DNA of 64,000 nucleotides. Origin: a virus (lineage: Duplodnaviria; Heunggongvirae; Uroviricota; Caudoviricetes). The DNA lies in IMG/VR virus record IMGVR_UViG_2595698618_000001, positions 79,136 to 143,135 of that record, one strand, 5' to 3'. How positions within the stretch are numbered: position 1 is the first letter of the stretch; every line of letters begins with the position of its first letter. A program made the position numbers and the translations under genes. This document shows positions 27,000 to 36,991 of this stretch, piece by piece. A model generated the notes under the pieces. That model did not search any database, had not been told where the DNA came from, and saw only the letters and a list, made by a program, of their open reading frames with translations.

Positions 27000-27256
27000 A
27001 CAGCCTTAAGTGGACGGGCGACGAATCCATTGAAGACGTGCAAGAACCGATGCGAACGCTGGCACAAGAAGGTGAGGAACACGCTCTCACCAAAGAGATT
27101 TACCTCGCAATCAACGGACACGGCTCCGGCCACGAGTTGACGGACGATGGCTACGAATACGTGGGACCGACCTTTGATAGCGAGGAATTGCTAATCATTG
27201 CACTCGCGTATCGCAACGATGCAAAGAAAATGATTGAACTTGCCCAAAAGACTTAA
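26996..27256 (+). CDS. hypothetical protein
   Basis: ORF-track ORF. Confidence 0.5.
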   Translation: MNSLKWTGDESIEDVQEPMRTLAQEGEEHALTKEIYLAINGHGSGHELTDDGYEYVGPTFDSEELLIIALAYRNDAKKMIELAQKT

Positions 27257-27281
27257 GTAGATGACGCACGAAACTCGTAGT

Positions 27282-27680
27282 ATGGAGACAGATGCACACA
27301 AGCGGGGTCTTCCTATCCCGCTCAAACCCGGTGACAGAATCTATATGAGCAAAGATGGCGTGAGCGCACCCATCGAGTTCCGCTCCTACGTCAAAAAGAC
27401 CGGACTCGTCAGATACGTGATGCTACCAACTGACGAAGAAGTGGAGTCCGGCGTAGCGGCATTCTCAAAAATGCTGGAAGACGTAGACTTCAAGGTAGAG
27501 CGTAAGAGCAATCGCTTAGACGAGCGTTACAATCGCCTCATTCGTAACCTGTCAATCTCAGGAGAAATCCACGAGGAAACTGTCAGAGACGAATGCCCTG
27601 ACGGATTCATCGAGCGCCTACACGAAGACGAGCGCATCGAGTATTCCGAAGGCTATAAGTCGTTCGCCTACGTAGGCTAA
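27282..27680 (+). CDS. hypothetical protein
   Basis: ORF-track 27261 start abuts the TATA box; ATG 27282 is 21 nt after TTAAGTAG. Confidence 0.45.
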   Translation: METDAHKRGLPIPLKPGDRIYMSKDGVSAPIEFRSYVKKTGLVRYVMLPTDEEVESGVAAFSKMLEDVDFKVERKSNRLDERYNRLIRNLSISGEIHEETVRDECPDGFIERLHEDERIEYSEGYKSFAYVG

Positions 27681-27683
27681 GGT

Positions 27684-28130
27684 ATGCAACTACCCCTCGA
27701 CTTAGACGAGTACGGCTTCGCTTGGCAGGAGTCGGATAACGTTCAATTCGACCTACAAAAGTTGGACCACATCTGGAGAGTCCTCAAGTACGGTGAGCGT
27801 AACCGAAAATTCGAGGATTACTACCACGTTCAATACGGTGACTCGCACCTAATTATTTCAATGCGAGTAAACCCGTACATTGTGGGAGCATTCACAGCCG
27901 AAGAACTACCGGCAGTCCACGAAGGTTATGAGAACAGCAAGCACGCTTTAAGCAAGATGATGGAGCGACGAATCCACTCGAAAGACAGAACTATCGCTCT
28001 ACGCAATCACCTCGTGTACGACAGACTCGGCCACTACAAGTGGAAGTTGCTGTCAGTTATATCAGGAGAGCGTGTCTTCCTCGTTGTCGATTCGAGGAAC
28101 GAAAGAGTTATAACAATGTGGCGTGATTAA
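27684..28130 (+). CDS. hypothetical protein
   Basis: ORF-track ORF. Confidence 0.5.
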   Translation: MQLPLDLDEYGFAWQESDNVQFDLQKLDHIWRVLKYGERNRKFEDYYHVQYGDSHLIISMRVNPYIVGAFTAEELPAVHEGYENSKHALSKMMERRIHSKDRTIALRNHLVYDRLGHYKWKLLSVISGERVFLVVDSRNERVITMWRD

Positions 28131-28136
28131 CTAAGT

Positions 28137-28442
28137 ATGAGTGACCGACGATTTACCGAGGTTGTGCAGAATGGTGGCGCAACAGGGCACGGCGAGAAGG
28201 AGCGCGGCTATCGTGCAATCTGTACCGATTGCGGGAGCAACCACGTTTGCCGACGCAAAGAGTTCGGAGAGGAACGAGAGGCTTTCCGAAGCGAGTTCTT
28301 CTACGTACCACACGACATAGATATGGATGCCTTCAAGTACGTAGCACGAATGCGAGCGTGGAATTGTTGCAACGAAGGAGACACACCACTCGACGGATTC
28401 CCCGAGTGCCCCGAACCAGTAAAGACCTTCATCAAACGATGA
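28137..28442 (+). CDS. Cys-rich small protein
   Basis: CTDCGSNHVC...CC...C. Confidence 0.5.
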   Translation: MSDRRFTEVVQNGGATGHGEKERGYRAICTDCGSNHVCRRKEFGEEREAFRSEFFYVPHDIDMDAFKYVARMRAWNCCNEGDTPLDGFPECPEPVKTFIKR

Positions 28443-28687
28443 CGCTGGAATCCAAAGATGACGTGGAGAAATTCTTATGGAGTATTTGTCAGGGAGGATA
28501 CGATAATTACCGCTCGTCAAGTGACCATCACCGGAGGATTTTTGCTATTCGGATGATGCTCAAACGGCACGTCGATAGAGATACATATGATACGAAGTGT
28601 CGTGCCGAGTGTCGTGACGGGTCGCCTTGTCACCAGATGGTGAAGGTGTATCGGAAACGATGCAATCATCACGTAAGACTTAAGTAG
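28439..28687 (+). CDS. Cys/His-rich small protein
   Basis: ATGA-coupled internal start of ORF-track 28229..28687. Confidence 0.4.
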   Translation: MTLESKDDVEKFLWSICQGGYDNYRSSSDHHRRIFAIRMMLKRHVDRDTYDTKCRAECRDGSPCHQMVKVYRKRCNHHVRLK

Positions 28688-28708
28688 GTAGCCAACTAAG
28701 TAGATAGT

Positions 28709-30136
28709 ATGACGACGCAATCAGAATTACGAGACGCGCTGGACTACATTAAGAACGAGTCCGGCTCTGGCTCCAAGGCTCGCAAGCAGGAACGATTCGT
28801 AGACGTTTACACGGAGAACGTCGGCCACATCGTCACGGGAGAACGATACGACGATGCGGGAATTGGCAAGAAGACTGCGGAGAGCGCCGTAGAAGAACTC
28901 TACGGAGAACTCGACGGCCCTACTGTTAGCGAGTCTTTGCTCGATGCGTGGGGTGGCGATATTCAGTCGCTCGAAATCCTCGTGTCAGATTTGGACGAAC
29001 TTGCAAAACTGTCAGGCAACGAGCAGAAGGAGATGCTCGTCAATATGCTTGATGCACACGCAGAGCCAAGCCTCGTAACGCTGGCTCTCTTGGACGATGA
29101 AAGCATCGGCCTCGGGACAAGTCAGATGCGTGAGGCATTCTTCGACGGTACTCGTGATGAGCGGAAGCACGCTGAAGCCTTCGTAGAAACCACTACGGAG
29201 TTTATTTCACTCGCTCGTGACGAGGCACTTCCCACTCGGCCAATCGTCGGTCGTCCATTCGACCCGATGCTCGCGGTTCCTGAGAGTCGCGGCGAACCGG
29301 ATAATCCGATTGCACAGCGGAAGGTGGACGGATACCGTGTCCTGATTCACGTCAAGCAGGAGGAACTTGGCCCGAGAGCCTATGCCTTCTCCCGAGCGCG
29401 TAACGACGTTACAGCATCTCTCCCCGAGTTGAACGAAATCGACTGGCCGGAGCGTGGCGAATACATCCTCGACGGAGAGGTGATTGCGGAGAACGGTTCG
29501 TACAGCGACACGTCCTCGCGGGTTGGACGGAAGGCGGAGAACGTAGACCGCTCCACAGAGATGCACTTCTCTCTGTTCGACGTAGTGGTTCTAAACTCCG
29601 AGTACGTTGCCGAGCGTCCGTACAGCGATAGGTACGGTGGCCTCAAGGTCTTTATTCAAGAAGTCGATTCAGAGTATGTCAACCTTCTGGACATTTCAGA
29701 AGATGTTGAGGAAGCAAAGGACGAGGCTGTTGCGGCAGGCGAGGAAGGAATCATCGTGAAGGACTGGCACGCTCCTTACGAATTTGGCAAGCGGTCTACA
29801 TATTGGCAGAAGCGCAAGTTCGACGCAGAAACCGTGGACGTAAAGATTGTTGGATTCGATGAAGCCACGGGTGAAAAGAGTGGCACGCTCGGTGCTGTTC
29901 ACATTGAGAGTGCGGATGGCGTTCACGTCGGGAACAGCGGAAGTGGTTTCTCGGACGAACAGCGGCGTAAGATTTGGGAGAATCAGGACGACTGGATGAA
30001 CCGTTGTATTGAAGTCGAGGCTCGCGGTATCGGTACGCAGGGGAAACTGCGTATGCCCATCTTCAAGCGGGACCGTTCAGAGGATGGTGAGCCTGACTCC
30101 TACGACCGTATCTGCGAGATTATGAAGGAGATTTAG
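28709..30136 (+). CDS. lig: ATP-dependent DNA ligase
   Basis: Motif I KVDGYR, motif III FDVV, motif IV EGIIVKD, C-terminal motif VI LRMPIFKRDRSED. Confidence 0.85.
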   Translation: MTTQSELRDALDYIKNESGSGSKARKQERFVDVYTENVGHIVTGERYDDAGIGKKTAESAVEELYGELDGPTVSESLLDAWGGDIQSLEILVSDLDELAKLSGNEQKEMLVNMLDAHAEPSLVTLALLDDESIGLGTSQMREAFFDGTRDERKHAEAFVETTTEFISLARDEALPTRPIVGRPFDPMLAVPESRGEPDNPIAQRKVDGYRVLIHVKQEELGPRAYAFSRARNDVTASLPELNEIDWPERGEYILDGEVIAENGSYSDTSSRVGRKAENVDRSTEMHFSLFDVVVLNSEYVAERPYSDRYGGLKVFIQEVDSEYVNLLDISEDVEEAKDEAVAAGEEGIIVKDWHAPYEFGKRSTYWQKRKFDAETVDVKIVGFDEATGEKSGTLGAVHIESADGVHVGNSGSGFSDEQRRKIWENQDDWMNRCIEVEARGIGTQGKLRMPIFKRDRSEDGEPDSYDRICEIMKEI

Positions 30137-30171
30137 AAAGATTTAAGTAGATAGCGGCCCTCTTTTCGAGT
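30136..30171 (+). promoter_or_regulatory. BRE/TATA core promoter (gaaagaTTTAAGTAgatagcggccctcttttcgagtATG)
   Basis: Consensus. Confidence 0.5.
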
Positions 30172-30351
30172 ATGACGAAGATAGAAATCGAAGTCTCTGA
30201 CGACGACGTGGCGCTCGAAGTAGCGTATGGCATCCTCGGACGAGCGCAGGATATTCACGACAACCCTGACGACGAGTTCGAGGAAGTCGCGCTGGAACTC
30301 CGAGACGTGGGGCAGAACCTCGCGGCAGAGTACGGAGACAGTTTCAAATGA
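30172..30351 (+). CDS. acidic mini-protein (59 aa)
   Basis: Hand-found; promoter upstream. Confidence 0.45.
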   Translation: MTKIEIEVSDDDVALEVAYGILGRAQDIHDNPDDEFEEVALELRDVGQNLAAEYGDSFK

Positions 30352-30482
30352 GTCGTGGTATAGCGGTAGGACACCTCACCGGAGGGTTAATTATCCTCTG
30401 TGGAATCTTGCTTGGCGGCTCACCCCTCGCTCTTGCGGTGGGCGTCGTAACTGGTGGTATAATTGGGCTGATACTTGGATAA
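30348..30482 (+). CDS. Gly-rich TM mini-protein (44 aa)
   Basis: Hand-found; ATGA junction. Confidence 0.4.
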   Translation: MSRGIAVGHLTGGLIILCGILLGGSPLALAVGVVTGGIIGLILG

Positions 30483-30619
30483 TGCCATTCAACTTCAAAG
30501 ACGCTGATGGAAAGCAGGTCGTTTACTCGTGTCAAGAGTGTATCTACTGCTCGACGCGCAAGCACTTCCGAGAGGATGGAACGTGCGTCCTGTGTGGAGG
30601 TGAATCGAAGAAGATATGA
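30482..30619 (+). CDS. zinc-ribbon mini-protein (45 aa)
   Basis: CQEC...CVLCGG; in-frame inner start of track ORF 30227..30619. Confidence 0.4.
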   Translation: MPFNFKDADGKQVVYSCQECIYCSTRKHFREDGTCVLCGGESKKI

Positions 30620-30882
30620 ATCGGGAGAAAGCAGAACAAATAGCCGAAGAATATTTCGATGAGTATACTATCGACCATCGAATGTTCCAAGATGGCGACG
30701 AACGTTGGCTAATCGTTCACAATGTCGGCTGGTCGAGTAGTGATTACGTGACGATTACCATCTGGCTTACACGAGAGCGCGTTCAGGTCGAGTGGTTCGA
30801 GGATGATAGGCGCGTCTCGACGGAGTGGCACGACTTCTGGCATTGGGAGCGTGGCGACGTGTTCGGTAAGTACCGTGCTTAA
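30616..30882 (+). CDS. hypothetical protein
   Basis: ORF-track ORF. Confidence 0.5.
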   Translation: MNREKAEQIAEEYFDEYTIDHRMFQDGDERWLIVHNVGWSSSDYVTITIWLTRERVQVEWFEDDRRVSTEWHDFWHWERGDVFGKYRA

Positions 30883-30920
30883 TCGAAAGACTTAAATACC
30901 TTACCTACGTATATCGTGGT

Positions 30921-31121
30921 ATGGTAAACCACGCTACCCGATTTTGGTCGGAAAACGAGAAGTACCACGACCTCGTGGAAGAATACGAGAAGAACATCGA
31001 GGAATACCACCCCGGTAGCGTAACCTCGAAGCGAATGTGCGTCTGCCTCGATTACTGCTCCTATTGCGGATGGGCGGCAAGCAAAGTCACGTACTACCGC
31101 CACAACGGACCCAACTTTTAA
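30921..31121 (+). CDS. Cys-rich small protein
   Basis: ORF-track ORF. Confidence 0.45.
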   Translation: MVNHATRFWSENEKYHDLVEEYEKNIEEYHPGSVTSKRMCVCLDYCSYCGWAASKVTYYRHNGPNF

Positions 31122-31146
31122 ATAGGTGTAGTACGTATCTCCTACT

Positions 31147-31548
31147 ATGGGAGAAACGTATCAAGAGAAGGTCGATGAAGCCCTGTCACCCGAGCGGCTG
31201 GCAGACTTAAAGCCTTCGACTGAGGAACTTTTCGAGAACACGTATAGAGCAACGGTCTGGTATAATGAGTGTGTCTGGACAGCGGCGGCGCTGTTCGTCC
31301 AATCGGCGGATGATAGCGATATGTTCCGCCGAGCATTCCTCACCGAAGCACAAGTTTCCAAGCAGGTTGGAGATATGCAAGTCGAGGTAGATGCGTGGCG
31401 TGACACAATGGCAAAGGAATGTCCTGAGTTATACGAAGACCTGAATGCAATCGGCCTGTCTGCCTTTCAGGGTGGTTCGGCGGAACAGGTTGCGCGAAAA
31501 GTCATCCGAGGTTCGGAAGACTTAAGTAGTAATCACCCGAATAACTGA
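31147..31548 (+). CDS. hypothetical protein
   Basis: ORF-track ORF. Confidence 0.5.
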   Translation: MGETYQEKVDEALSPERLADLKPSTEELFENTYRATVWYNECVWTAAALFVQSADDSDMFRRAFLTEAQVSKQVGDMQVEVDAWRDTMAKECPELYEDLNAIGLSAFQGGSAEQVARKVIRGSEDLSSNHPNN

Positions 31549-31556
31549 GTGTAACA

Positions 31557-32459
31557 ATGAGTGCAAAACTGAAAGCGATTGGCGTTGGTATGGCCCTGCT
31601 GGTATTCTTCTCGATGATTGGAGGAGTGCTGGCGTATGAACAAATTCCCGAAGGTCACGTCGGGGTAGAGAAGGATTGGGGTGCTGTCAATGGAGACACA
31701 CTTCAGTCTGGTGCTAACTGGATTGTCCCTGTGATGCAGTCTTCGCAAAGCGTGGAGACTCGTGCCCGCACCTATACGATGAGTGCTACGCAGGGTGAAG
31801 GGGAGAAAGCCCGTGGTGATGCAATCGACGTGAAGACCGCTGACGGTAACTCTGTCAAGGTTGACATTACGGTGCGCTACCGCATCGAGGGAGACAAGGC
31901 AGACCAGTTCGTTTCGGACTGGAACAACGAGGAGCAGATGGAACGCCGCCTGATTCGACCGACGATTCGGACGGTCCTTCGGGACGAGGCATCTGGTCTT
32001 TCCACGACTGGTGACGGCGCAATCTACACGCAGGATGGCCGTGCGGCTCTCGAAGACACGGCTCGTGCCGCTCTGGAGAAGGACTTCGAGGGTGAGCCGA
32101 TTGTCCTCGAAGCAGTCCAGATTCGCAACATCGAACTCCCCTCGTCCATCGACCAGACGCTAAACGAGAAGGAGCAGGCCAAACAGCAGGTCGAAGTTGA
32201 GAAGCAGAAGGTCCAGCAGGCCGAGCAGGAGAAGCAACGTCGTATCGTTGAGGCAGAGGCCGAGGCAGAGGAAGTTCGGATTGCCGCAGAAGCCGACGCC
32301 GACGCTACTCGCATCCGTGGTGAGGCTCTGGCCGAGTACCCGATTGTGCTTGACCAGCAATACATCGACGCTCTCAAGGAGGGCAACACCATCTACGTCG
32401 GACAGGATGGCGTGACTCTCACGAAGGAGACGGACGACGAAGACGATAAGGACAACTAA
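31557..32459 (+). CDS. SPFH/band-7 (stomatin/prohibitin-like) membrane protein with Glu/Ala-rich coiled-coil tail
   Basis: N-terminal TM + SPFH-like core + EAEAEAE coiled coil. Confidence 0.6.
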   Translation: MSAKLKAIGVGMALLVFFSMIGGVLAYEQIPEGHVGVEKDWGAVNGDTLQSGANWIVPVMQSSQSVETRARTYTMSATQGEGEKARGDAIDVKTADGNSVKVDITVRYRIEGDKADQFVSDWNNEEQMERRLIRPTIRTVLRDEASGLSTTGDGAIYTQDGRAALEDTARAALEKDFEGEPIVLEAVQIRNIELPSSIDQTLNEKEQAKQQVEVEKQKVQQAEQEKQRRIVEAEAEAEEVRIAAEADADATRIRGEALAEYPIVLDQQYIDALKEGNTIYVGQDGVTLTKETDDEDDKDN

Positions 32460-32545
32460 GGGTTAACTCCCCTCTAACGAGTTACGGCGGGGCAGGTGCT
32501 AACTGAAGGCTCGATTCCTTCACCCGCCATTTGAGGTGAACAAAT

Positions 32546-32710
32546 ATGGTAGTCAAACTGGTGTTCGTACTGCTACTTCTCGTAGTGGTGCTGGCGCTTG
32601 CAATTGCGGCGGCGTATAGATACTTCGATAATCAGGCAGAACGGAAACACGAGAAGGAGATGCAGGAGTTGGAGAACACCGAGAAACTGTTCGAGCGAGA
32701 CGACCTATAG
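32546..32710 (+). CDS. small TM protein (54 aa)
   Basis: Hand-found downstream of SPFH gene. Confidence 0.4.
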   Translation: MVVKLVFVLLLLVVVLALAIAAAYRYFDNQAERKHEKEMQELENTEKLFERDDL

Positions 32711-32745
32711 AAAGAGTTAAGTAGATAGCCACCCTCTCTTTGAGT
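32711..32745 (+). promoter_or_regulatory. BRE/TATA core promoter (gaaagagTTAAGTAgatagccaccctctctttgagtATG)
   Basis: Consensus. Confidence 0.5.
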
Positions 32746-33198
32746 ATGAGCCGCAGACCCTACATCGAGAACCTCAAGATTGCCGACGAGTACCGTACCG
32801 GAGCAAGCAGTTCCTCTCGCCCGAGGGGATACATCTCCGGCTCTCTCAATAAAGAAGTTGTCGGAATGGATGGCCGCGTCGATTACTTCCGTGGAGACTG
32901 CCGCGAGTGTGGCCGGACGCACATCACACGACGTGGTGAGAAGTCCTCTCGATACTACGCCTGTCAGGAGTGCGGGACGTGGCATCACATTAACCGTGGC
33001 TTCTTCAATCACGATAGATTCGAGACGGTTCCGCTCAAAAACGACGAGTTCAGCGAGCAACTGTATCGCATCAAGATGGCGTACAGCAAGTCCTCCTTTG
33101 ACGACCCCGCGTGGTTCTACGGAAGCAAGGACTACCTTCGGGAGAAAGCACAGGGAGACTTTTGGGAGACGGTCGAGCCTATCGAGGAAGTCCAATGA
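32746..33198 (+). CDS. zinc-ribbon protein
   Basis: CRECGRTH...CQECGTWH; ATG 32746 (track start 32740 is TTG). Confidence 0.5.
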   Translation: MSRRPYIENLKIADEYRTGASSSSRPRGYISGSLNKEVVGMDGRVDYFRGDCRECGRTHITRRGEKSSRYYACQECGTWHHINRGFFNHDRFETVPLKNDEFSEQLYRIKMAYSKSSFDDPAWFYGSKDYLREKAQGDFWETVEPIEEVQ

Positions 33199-33356
33199 AT
33201 GAGCCAACCGGCGTGCTATACCTTATAGCAATCGTCCTGATGCTCGCCTCGTGGCTCCCCTTTGTACCAATGCTCGCCTTATGGATAGGATGGCTGTTCT
33301 TCGTGGTCGGATTCGCCTCAGACCTATACCACAACTATTATAAGGATGGGCGTTGA
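33195..33356 (+). CDS. TM mini-protein (53 aa)
   Basis: ATGA junction; hydrophobic. Confidence 0.4.
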   Translation: MNEPTGVLYLIAIVLMLASWLPFVPMLALWIGWLFFVVGFASDLYHNYYKDGR

Positions 33357-33365
33357 AGTAGGAGT

Positions 33366-34430
33366 ATGACGCGACAAAGTTTCAGGCAGGTTTGTGTAGA
33401 GCGAGACGGCGGTGAGTGCGTCTCCCCACATTGTAACAACCCTGTCACGAGCGACCCCGATGGACCGGGTGAGGTTCATCACATCATCGAGCGCAAACTA
33501 TGGGACGACGGTGGCTATATCCCCAACAATGGTGCATCCGTATGCAACGATTGTCACCGGATGGCAGAGGATAACATCATCCCACCACAAGCCTTCTGGC
33601 GATGGATTGGCATTGAGAATCCACCGCTCCCTGAAGGCATCGAGTCGATGCACATTGATAAATGGGGAGAACCGCTGGAAGAACCACCGTGGAAAGAGTA
33701 CCGTGAGAACATCAAGTATCCGAGTACCCGCCACCTCCCATTCAGCCACGAGCGAGACGCTGACGATACCGCACATCAAAGTGTTGACGTATTCCTCAAC
33801 ATTCCACTCGTCGCAACGTACAAGATGGACGGAGGAAACGCAATGCTCGTGAAAGATACCGAGAACCCCGTTCGAGCAAGGAACGGTCGCCAAGCCAACA
33901 AGGAACACTTCGATATGGCAAAGCAATGGTACTGGAGCGAAGGACTCTACGAGAAAATCCCCGAGCATCTACAAATCTTCGGAGAATGGCTCTACGCCAA
34001 GCACAGCATTCATTACGGCTGTGACTGCGAGGAAGAATGCGAAGACGTTGGACCAGCACTCCGAGATTATTTCCAAGTCTTCGGCGTGTACGATACTCGC
34101 TACGACTTATGGCTCGGCTGGATTGAGACGAAACGAGTCGCCGCAGAGTTGGGCCTGACGATGGCACAAGGCGTTGACGACCGAGAACACGAAGACAACT
34201 TCGCACCAATAGGAGAATTTGACAATCGCCAAAAGTTTTGGGATTATGCTTGGAGTTTGTCACAAAAGGCCGTAAACGAAGGACACGAGGGCATAGTCGT
34301 CCGTTCAGCCCTGCCTTTCCACTATGGACAAATCGGAGAGCGTCTTGGCAAATACGTTCGTCCCGGTCACGTCAAGGAGGGTGAAGAACATTGGTCGAAG
34401 CGACCCCTCGTTCAAAATCGACGGAGTTAA
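33366..34430 (+). CDS. HNH endonuclease domain fused to ligase-type nucleotidyltransferase (RNA/DNA-ligase-like)
   Basis: N-terminal HNH (C..C..HHIIE...NG..VCNDCH); then motif I YKMDGGN and motif IV EGIVVRS. Confidence 0.55.
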   Translation: MTRQSFRQVCVERDGGECVSPHCNNPVTSDPDGPGEVHHIIERKLWDDGGYIPNNGASVCNDCHRMAEDNIIPPQAFWRWIGIENPPLPEGIESMHIDKWGEPLEEPPWKEYRENIKYPSTRHLPFSHERDADDTAHQSVDVFLNIPLVATYKMDGGNAMLVKDTENPVRARNGRQANKEHFDMAKQWYWSEGLYEKIPEHLQIFGEWLYAKHSIHYGCDCEEECEDVGPALRDYFQVFGVYDTRYDLWLGWIETKRVAAELGLTMAQGVDDREHEDNFAPIGEFDNRQKFWDYAWSLSQKAVNEGHEGIVVRSALPFHYGQIGERLGKYVRPGHVKEGEEHWSKRPLVQNRRS

Positions 34431-34449
34431 GTAGGTAGACGAGAAAGAT

Positions 34450-34581
34450 ATGAGTATGAACATCAGAAACGTAGTCCGGCAAGAACTTGCACGCATCGAG
34501 GAAGAACACAACTTCTTCTTCGCAACACTCTACCTCCTGCTCCTTCTTCTTGGAGCGTTCGCGCTGGTGATGCTCCTATGA
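34450..34581 (+). CDS. TM mini-protein (43 aa)
   Basis: Hand-found. Confidence 0.35.
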   Translation: MSMNIRNVVRQELARIEEEHNFFFATLYLLLLLLGAFALVMLL

Positions 34582-34850
34582 CGGACGTGGAGCAAATCGC
34601 AATCGACATTCTCAACGAGATGTACGAACAGGCAGAACCCGGCCTCGACTTTGACGACCTTCGGGAAAACCCTGACGAGTATCCCGACGACTGGTATAGT
34701 CGGCACTACCTCTCCGACGAGGAATCGGAGCGGATTCTGGAGAAGCATATGGAGCAGTACGACCTGACCGAAAGCGAGCGCAGTTCATTGCGATGGGAGT
34801 GCATCCTCAACAAAGGCCCGAGCAACGTTCCGCCGGAGGAAAAGCCTTAA
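34578..34850 (+). CDS. acidic hypothetical protein
   Basis: ORF-track ORF. Confidence 0.5.
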   Translation: MTDVEQIAIDILNEMYEQAEPGLDFDDLRENPDEYPDDWYSRHYLSDEESERILEKHMEQYDLTESERSSLRWECILNKGPSNVPPEEKP

Positions 34851-34874
34851 GTAATGTCCTCACGTATTACGAGT

Positions 34875-35798
34875 ATGGAGAACGTACTTGATTTGTTCTG
34901 TGGCGCAGGCGGTCTGTCCCACGGATTCGAGCAGGCAGGCTATCGAGTCCTCGCAGGAGTAGACGTATGGGACGATGCACTCGAAACGTATCGCCTCAAT
35001 CACCCAAGCGTCGGCCTCGAAGTAGATATGCACACCGTCGAGCCATCGGAACTCCCGCTCTCCAAAGAGCAGGTAGACGTTGTTATTGGAGGCCCACCCT
35101 GCAAGGGCTTCAGTCTTGCAGGAGAACGAGACTCTGACGACGAGCGGAATCAACTCGTCGCACGGTTCCTCGATTACGTGGAGTATTTCGAGCCAGCAAC
35201 GGTTGTAATGGAGAATGTCGTCGGCATCCTCTCGATGGACCTACCCGGCTACGACGGGAGCGTTCCTGATTATATCCACGATAGGCTTCGCTCGATGGGT
35301 TTCGAGACGGACCATCAAACGCTGGACGCAACTAATTATGGTATCGCTCAGACGAGGCGACGTGTGTTCTTCGTTGGAACTCGCGGGCGGTTCCCGTCCT
35401 ATCCGAAGCCCACGACGGCTGATGTTACGATGCCAGTTGCAGGGGTCTTGGAGTATGACTTCACGGGTTTCCCGAATCACACGTACACGAACCATCAGCA
35501 GTCCACGATTGATAAGATGGCCGCCCTCGATTACGAGGAATCCGTGTACGATACATATCAGGAGGCGTGGAAGCGTCTGCATCCGTTGAAGCCTGCACCG
35601 ACGATTAAGGAGAATCATAACGCTCCATTCGTCCACTACTCGGAAGACCGTGTAGGTACTCCCCGAGAGTGTACGGCGATTCAGACCTTCCCAAATAATT
35701 ACGAGTTCCGTGGAACGAAGTCGAGCGTTCTTAAGCAGATTGGCAACGCCGTGCCACCAGAACTCGCACGACACGTTGCGAAAGCCTTAAGTGAATAG
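34875..35798 (+). CDS. dcm: C5-cytosine DNA methyltransferase
   Basis: FCGAGG (motif I), GGPPCKGFS (motif IV PC), ENV (VI), QIGNAVPP (X); start set at agtATG 34875. Confidence 0.85.
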   Translation: MENVLDLFCGAGGLSHGFEQAGYRVLAGVDVWDDALETYRLNHPSVGLEVDMHTVEPSELPLSKEQVDVVIGGPPCKGFSLAGERDSDDERNQLVARFLDYVEYFEPATVVMENVVGILSMDLPGYDGSVPDYIHDRLRSMGFETDHQTLDATNYGIAQTRRRVFFVGTRGRFPSYPKPTTADVTMPVAGVLEYDFTGFPNHTYTNHQQSTIDKMAALDYEESVYDTYQEAWKRLHPLKPAPTIKENHNAPFVHYSEDRVGTPRECTAIQTFPNNYEFRGTKSSVLKQIGNAVPPELARHVAKALSE

Positions 35799-35814
35799 CA
35801 ATCCAAGTAAGAGT

Positions 35815-36009
35815 ATGAGCCGAACTTACCAATACTACGCGAATCAGGTCTTCGAGCAGGCTATGCACGACCCTGACGTGAATGGACTCGATATGAATGA
35901 GGTGGTCGAGTATTCAGACGAGATTGCAGAGATGCTCGTCTTGGATAAAGACCGCCTTCGCACCGAGGTCGAGCGAATGGCAGAAATTCAGATAATGTCA
36001 CACTTCTAA
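35815..36009 (+). CDS. hypothetical protein
   Basis: Trimmed to agtATG. Confidence 0.45.
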   Translation: MSRTYQYYANQVFEQAMHDPDVNGLDMNEVVEYSDEIAEMLVLDKDRLRTEVERMAEIQIMSHF

Positions 36010-36011
36010 CA

Positions 36012-36263
36012 ATGGACGAAAGAATCGAAGTGGAGCAAAGCATCGGAACGTATAAATTCGTTGACGTAGGCCACGAGATAATCTTCCTCGGAGTCGAACA
36101 CGTCTTCGACGGATGGCAAAACGGCGAGGAATACGGAAGTGTCAGCACACCAGTCTACAACGAACTTCGCAAGAAGGTAGACCGTGAAATTAAGGCAGAC
36201 TTAATCCGCCACGGCGTCAACGGAAAAACCGGCGCGGAAAAACTACAAGAACAATTCAAATGA
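36012..36263 (+). CDS. hypothetical protein
   Basis: ORF-track ORF. Confidence 0.5.
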   Translation: MDERIEVEQSIGTYKFVDVGHEIIFLGVEHVFDGWQNGEEYGSVSTPVYNELRKKVDREIKADLIRHGVNGKTGAEKLQEQFK

Positions 36264-36454
36264 ACGAGCAAGAACGACTGTACGCAATCGGCGTACTTGA
36301 GCAGAGTCCACACGAGATTGACCACATTAGAGCGACGATACTCAAGCGACGGTCGAGCATTACGTTCAGCGATGAAGACCAACCCATCGGGGAGAAGGGG
36401 AAATGGATGGCGTTTGACACGACGCTCAAAGACTCACTCGAAACGCTTAAGTAG
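36260..36454 (+). CDS. hypothetical protein
   Basis: ATGA-coupled. Confidence 0.45.
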   Translation: MNEQERLYAIGVLEQSPHEIDHIRATILKRRSSITFSDEDQPIGEKGKWMAFDTTLKDSLETLK

Positions 36455-36474
36455 TTACCCGAGTAAGTAGAAGT

Positions 36475-36957
36475 ATGAAAATTTGGGAGAATATCAAACT
36501 GTTGCTCGTCGTACTGTTCCTGATTAGCATACCAATGACGCTGTTCGGTGCAGGTGCGGTGCTGGTCGGCGGGTTCTTCCCGCAGGAAACATCCTATCAG
36601 TACGAGGTGAAGGCACAACAGGTATTCGACGGCGATAGGGTCGAGGATAGCGACGTGACTGAGTTCGAGGAATTGTCAGCGGATGAACAGGATGTGCTGT
36701 TTCGAGCATTCAAGAAGTCTGACCACTTTATGGGAACCAGTCAGGTAACTGTCTATAATGGGAACGAGCGCCTCGATACGTTTACAAATTGGCGCACGGT
36801 TGAGAGCAACGGAGTCCTGCTACTGGTTGCAATCAACGAGCATCAGGAGACACAGCCCGATACCTCAGAGCATAAGTGGTATCATTGGATGGTCCTATAC
36901 TCGATGATATATTGTATGGTCGGGTTCTTCGTGATACTGTTCCTGCCGCCGATGTAG
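36475..36957 (+). CDS. membrane protein
   Basis: N- and C-terminal TM helices. Confidence 0.5.
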   Translation: MKIWENIKLLLVVLFLISIPMTLFGAGAVLVGGFFPQETSYQYEVKAQQVFDGDRVEDSDVTEFEELSADEQDVLFRAFKKSDHFMGTSQVTVYNGNERLDTFTNWRTVESNGVLLLVAINEHQETQPDTSEHKWYHWMVLYSMIYCMVGFFVILFLPPM

Positions 36958-36991
36958 AAAGAGTTAAGTACCTATCCCACGAAGTAGAAGT

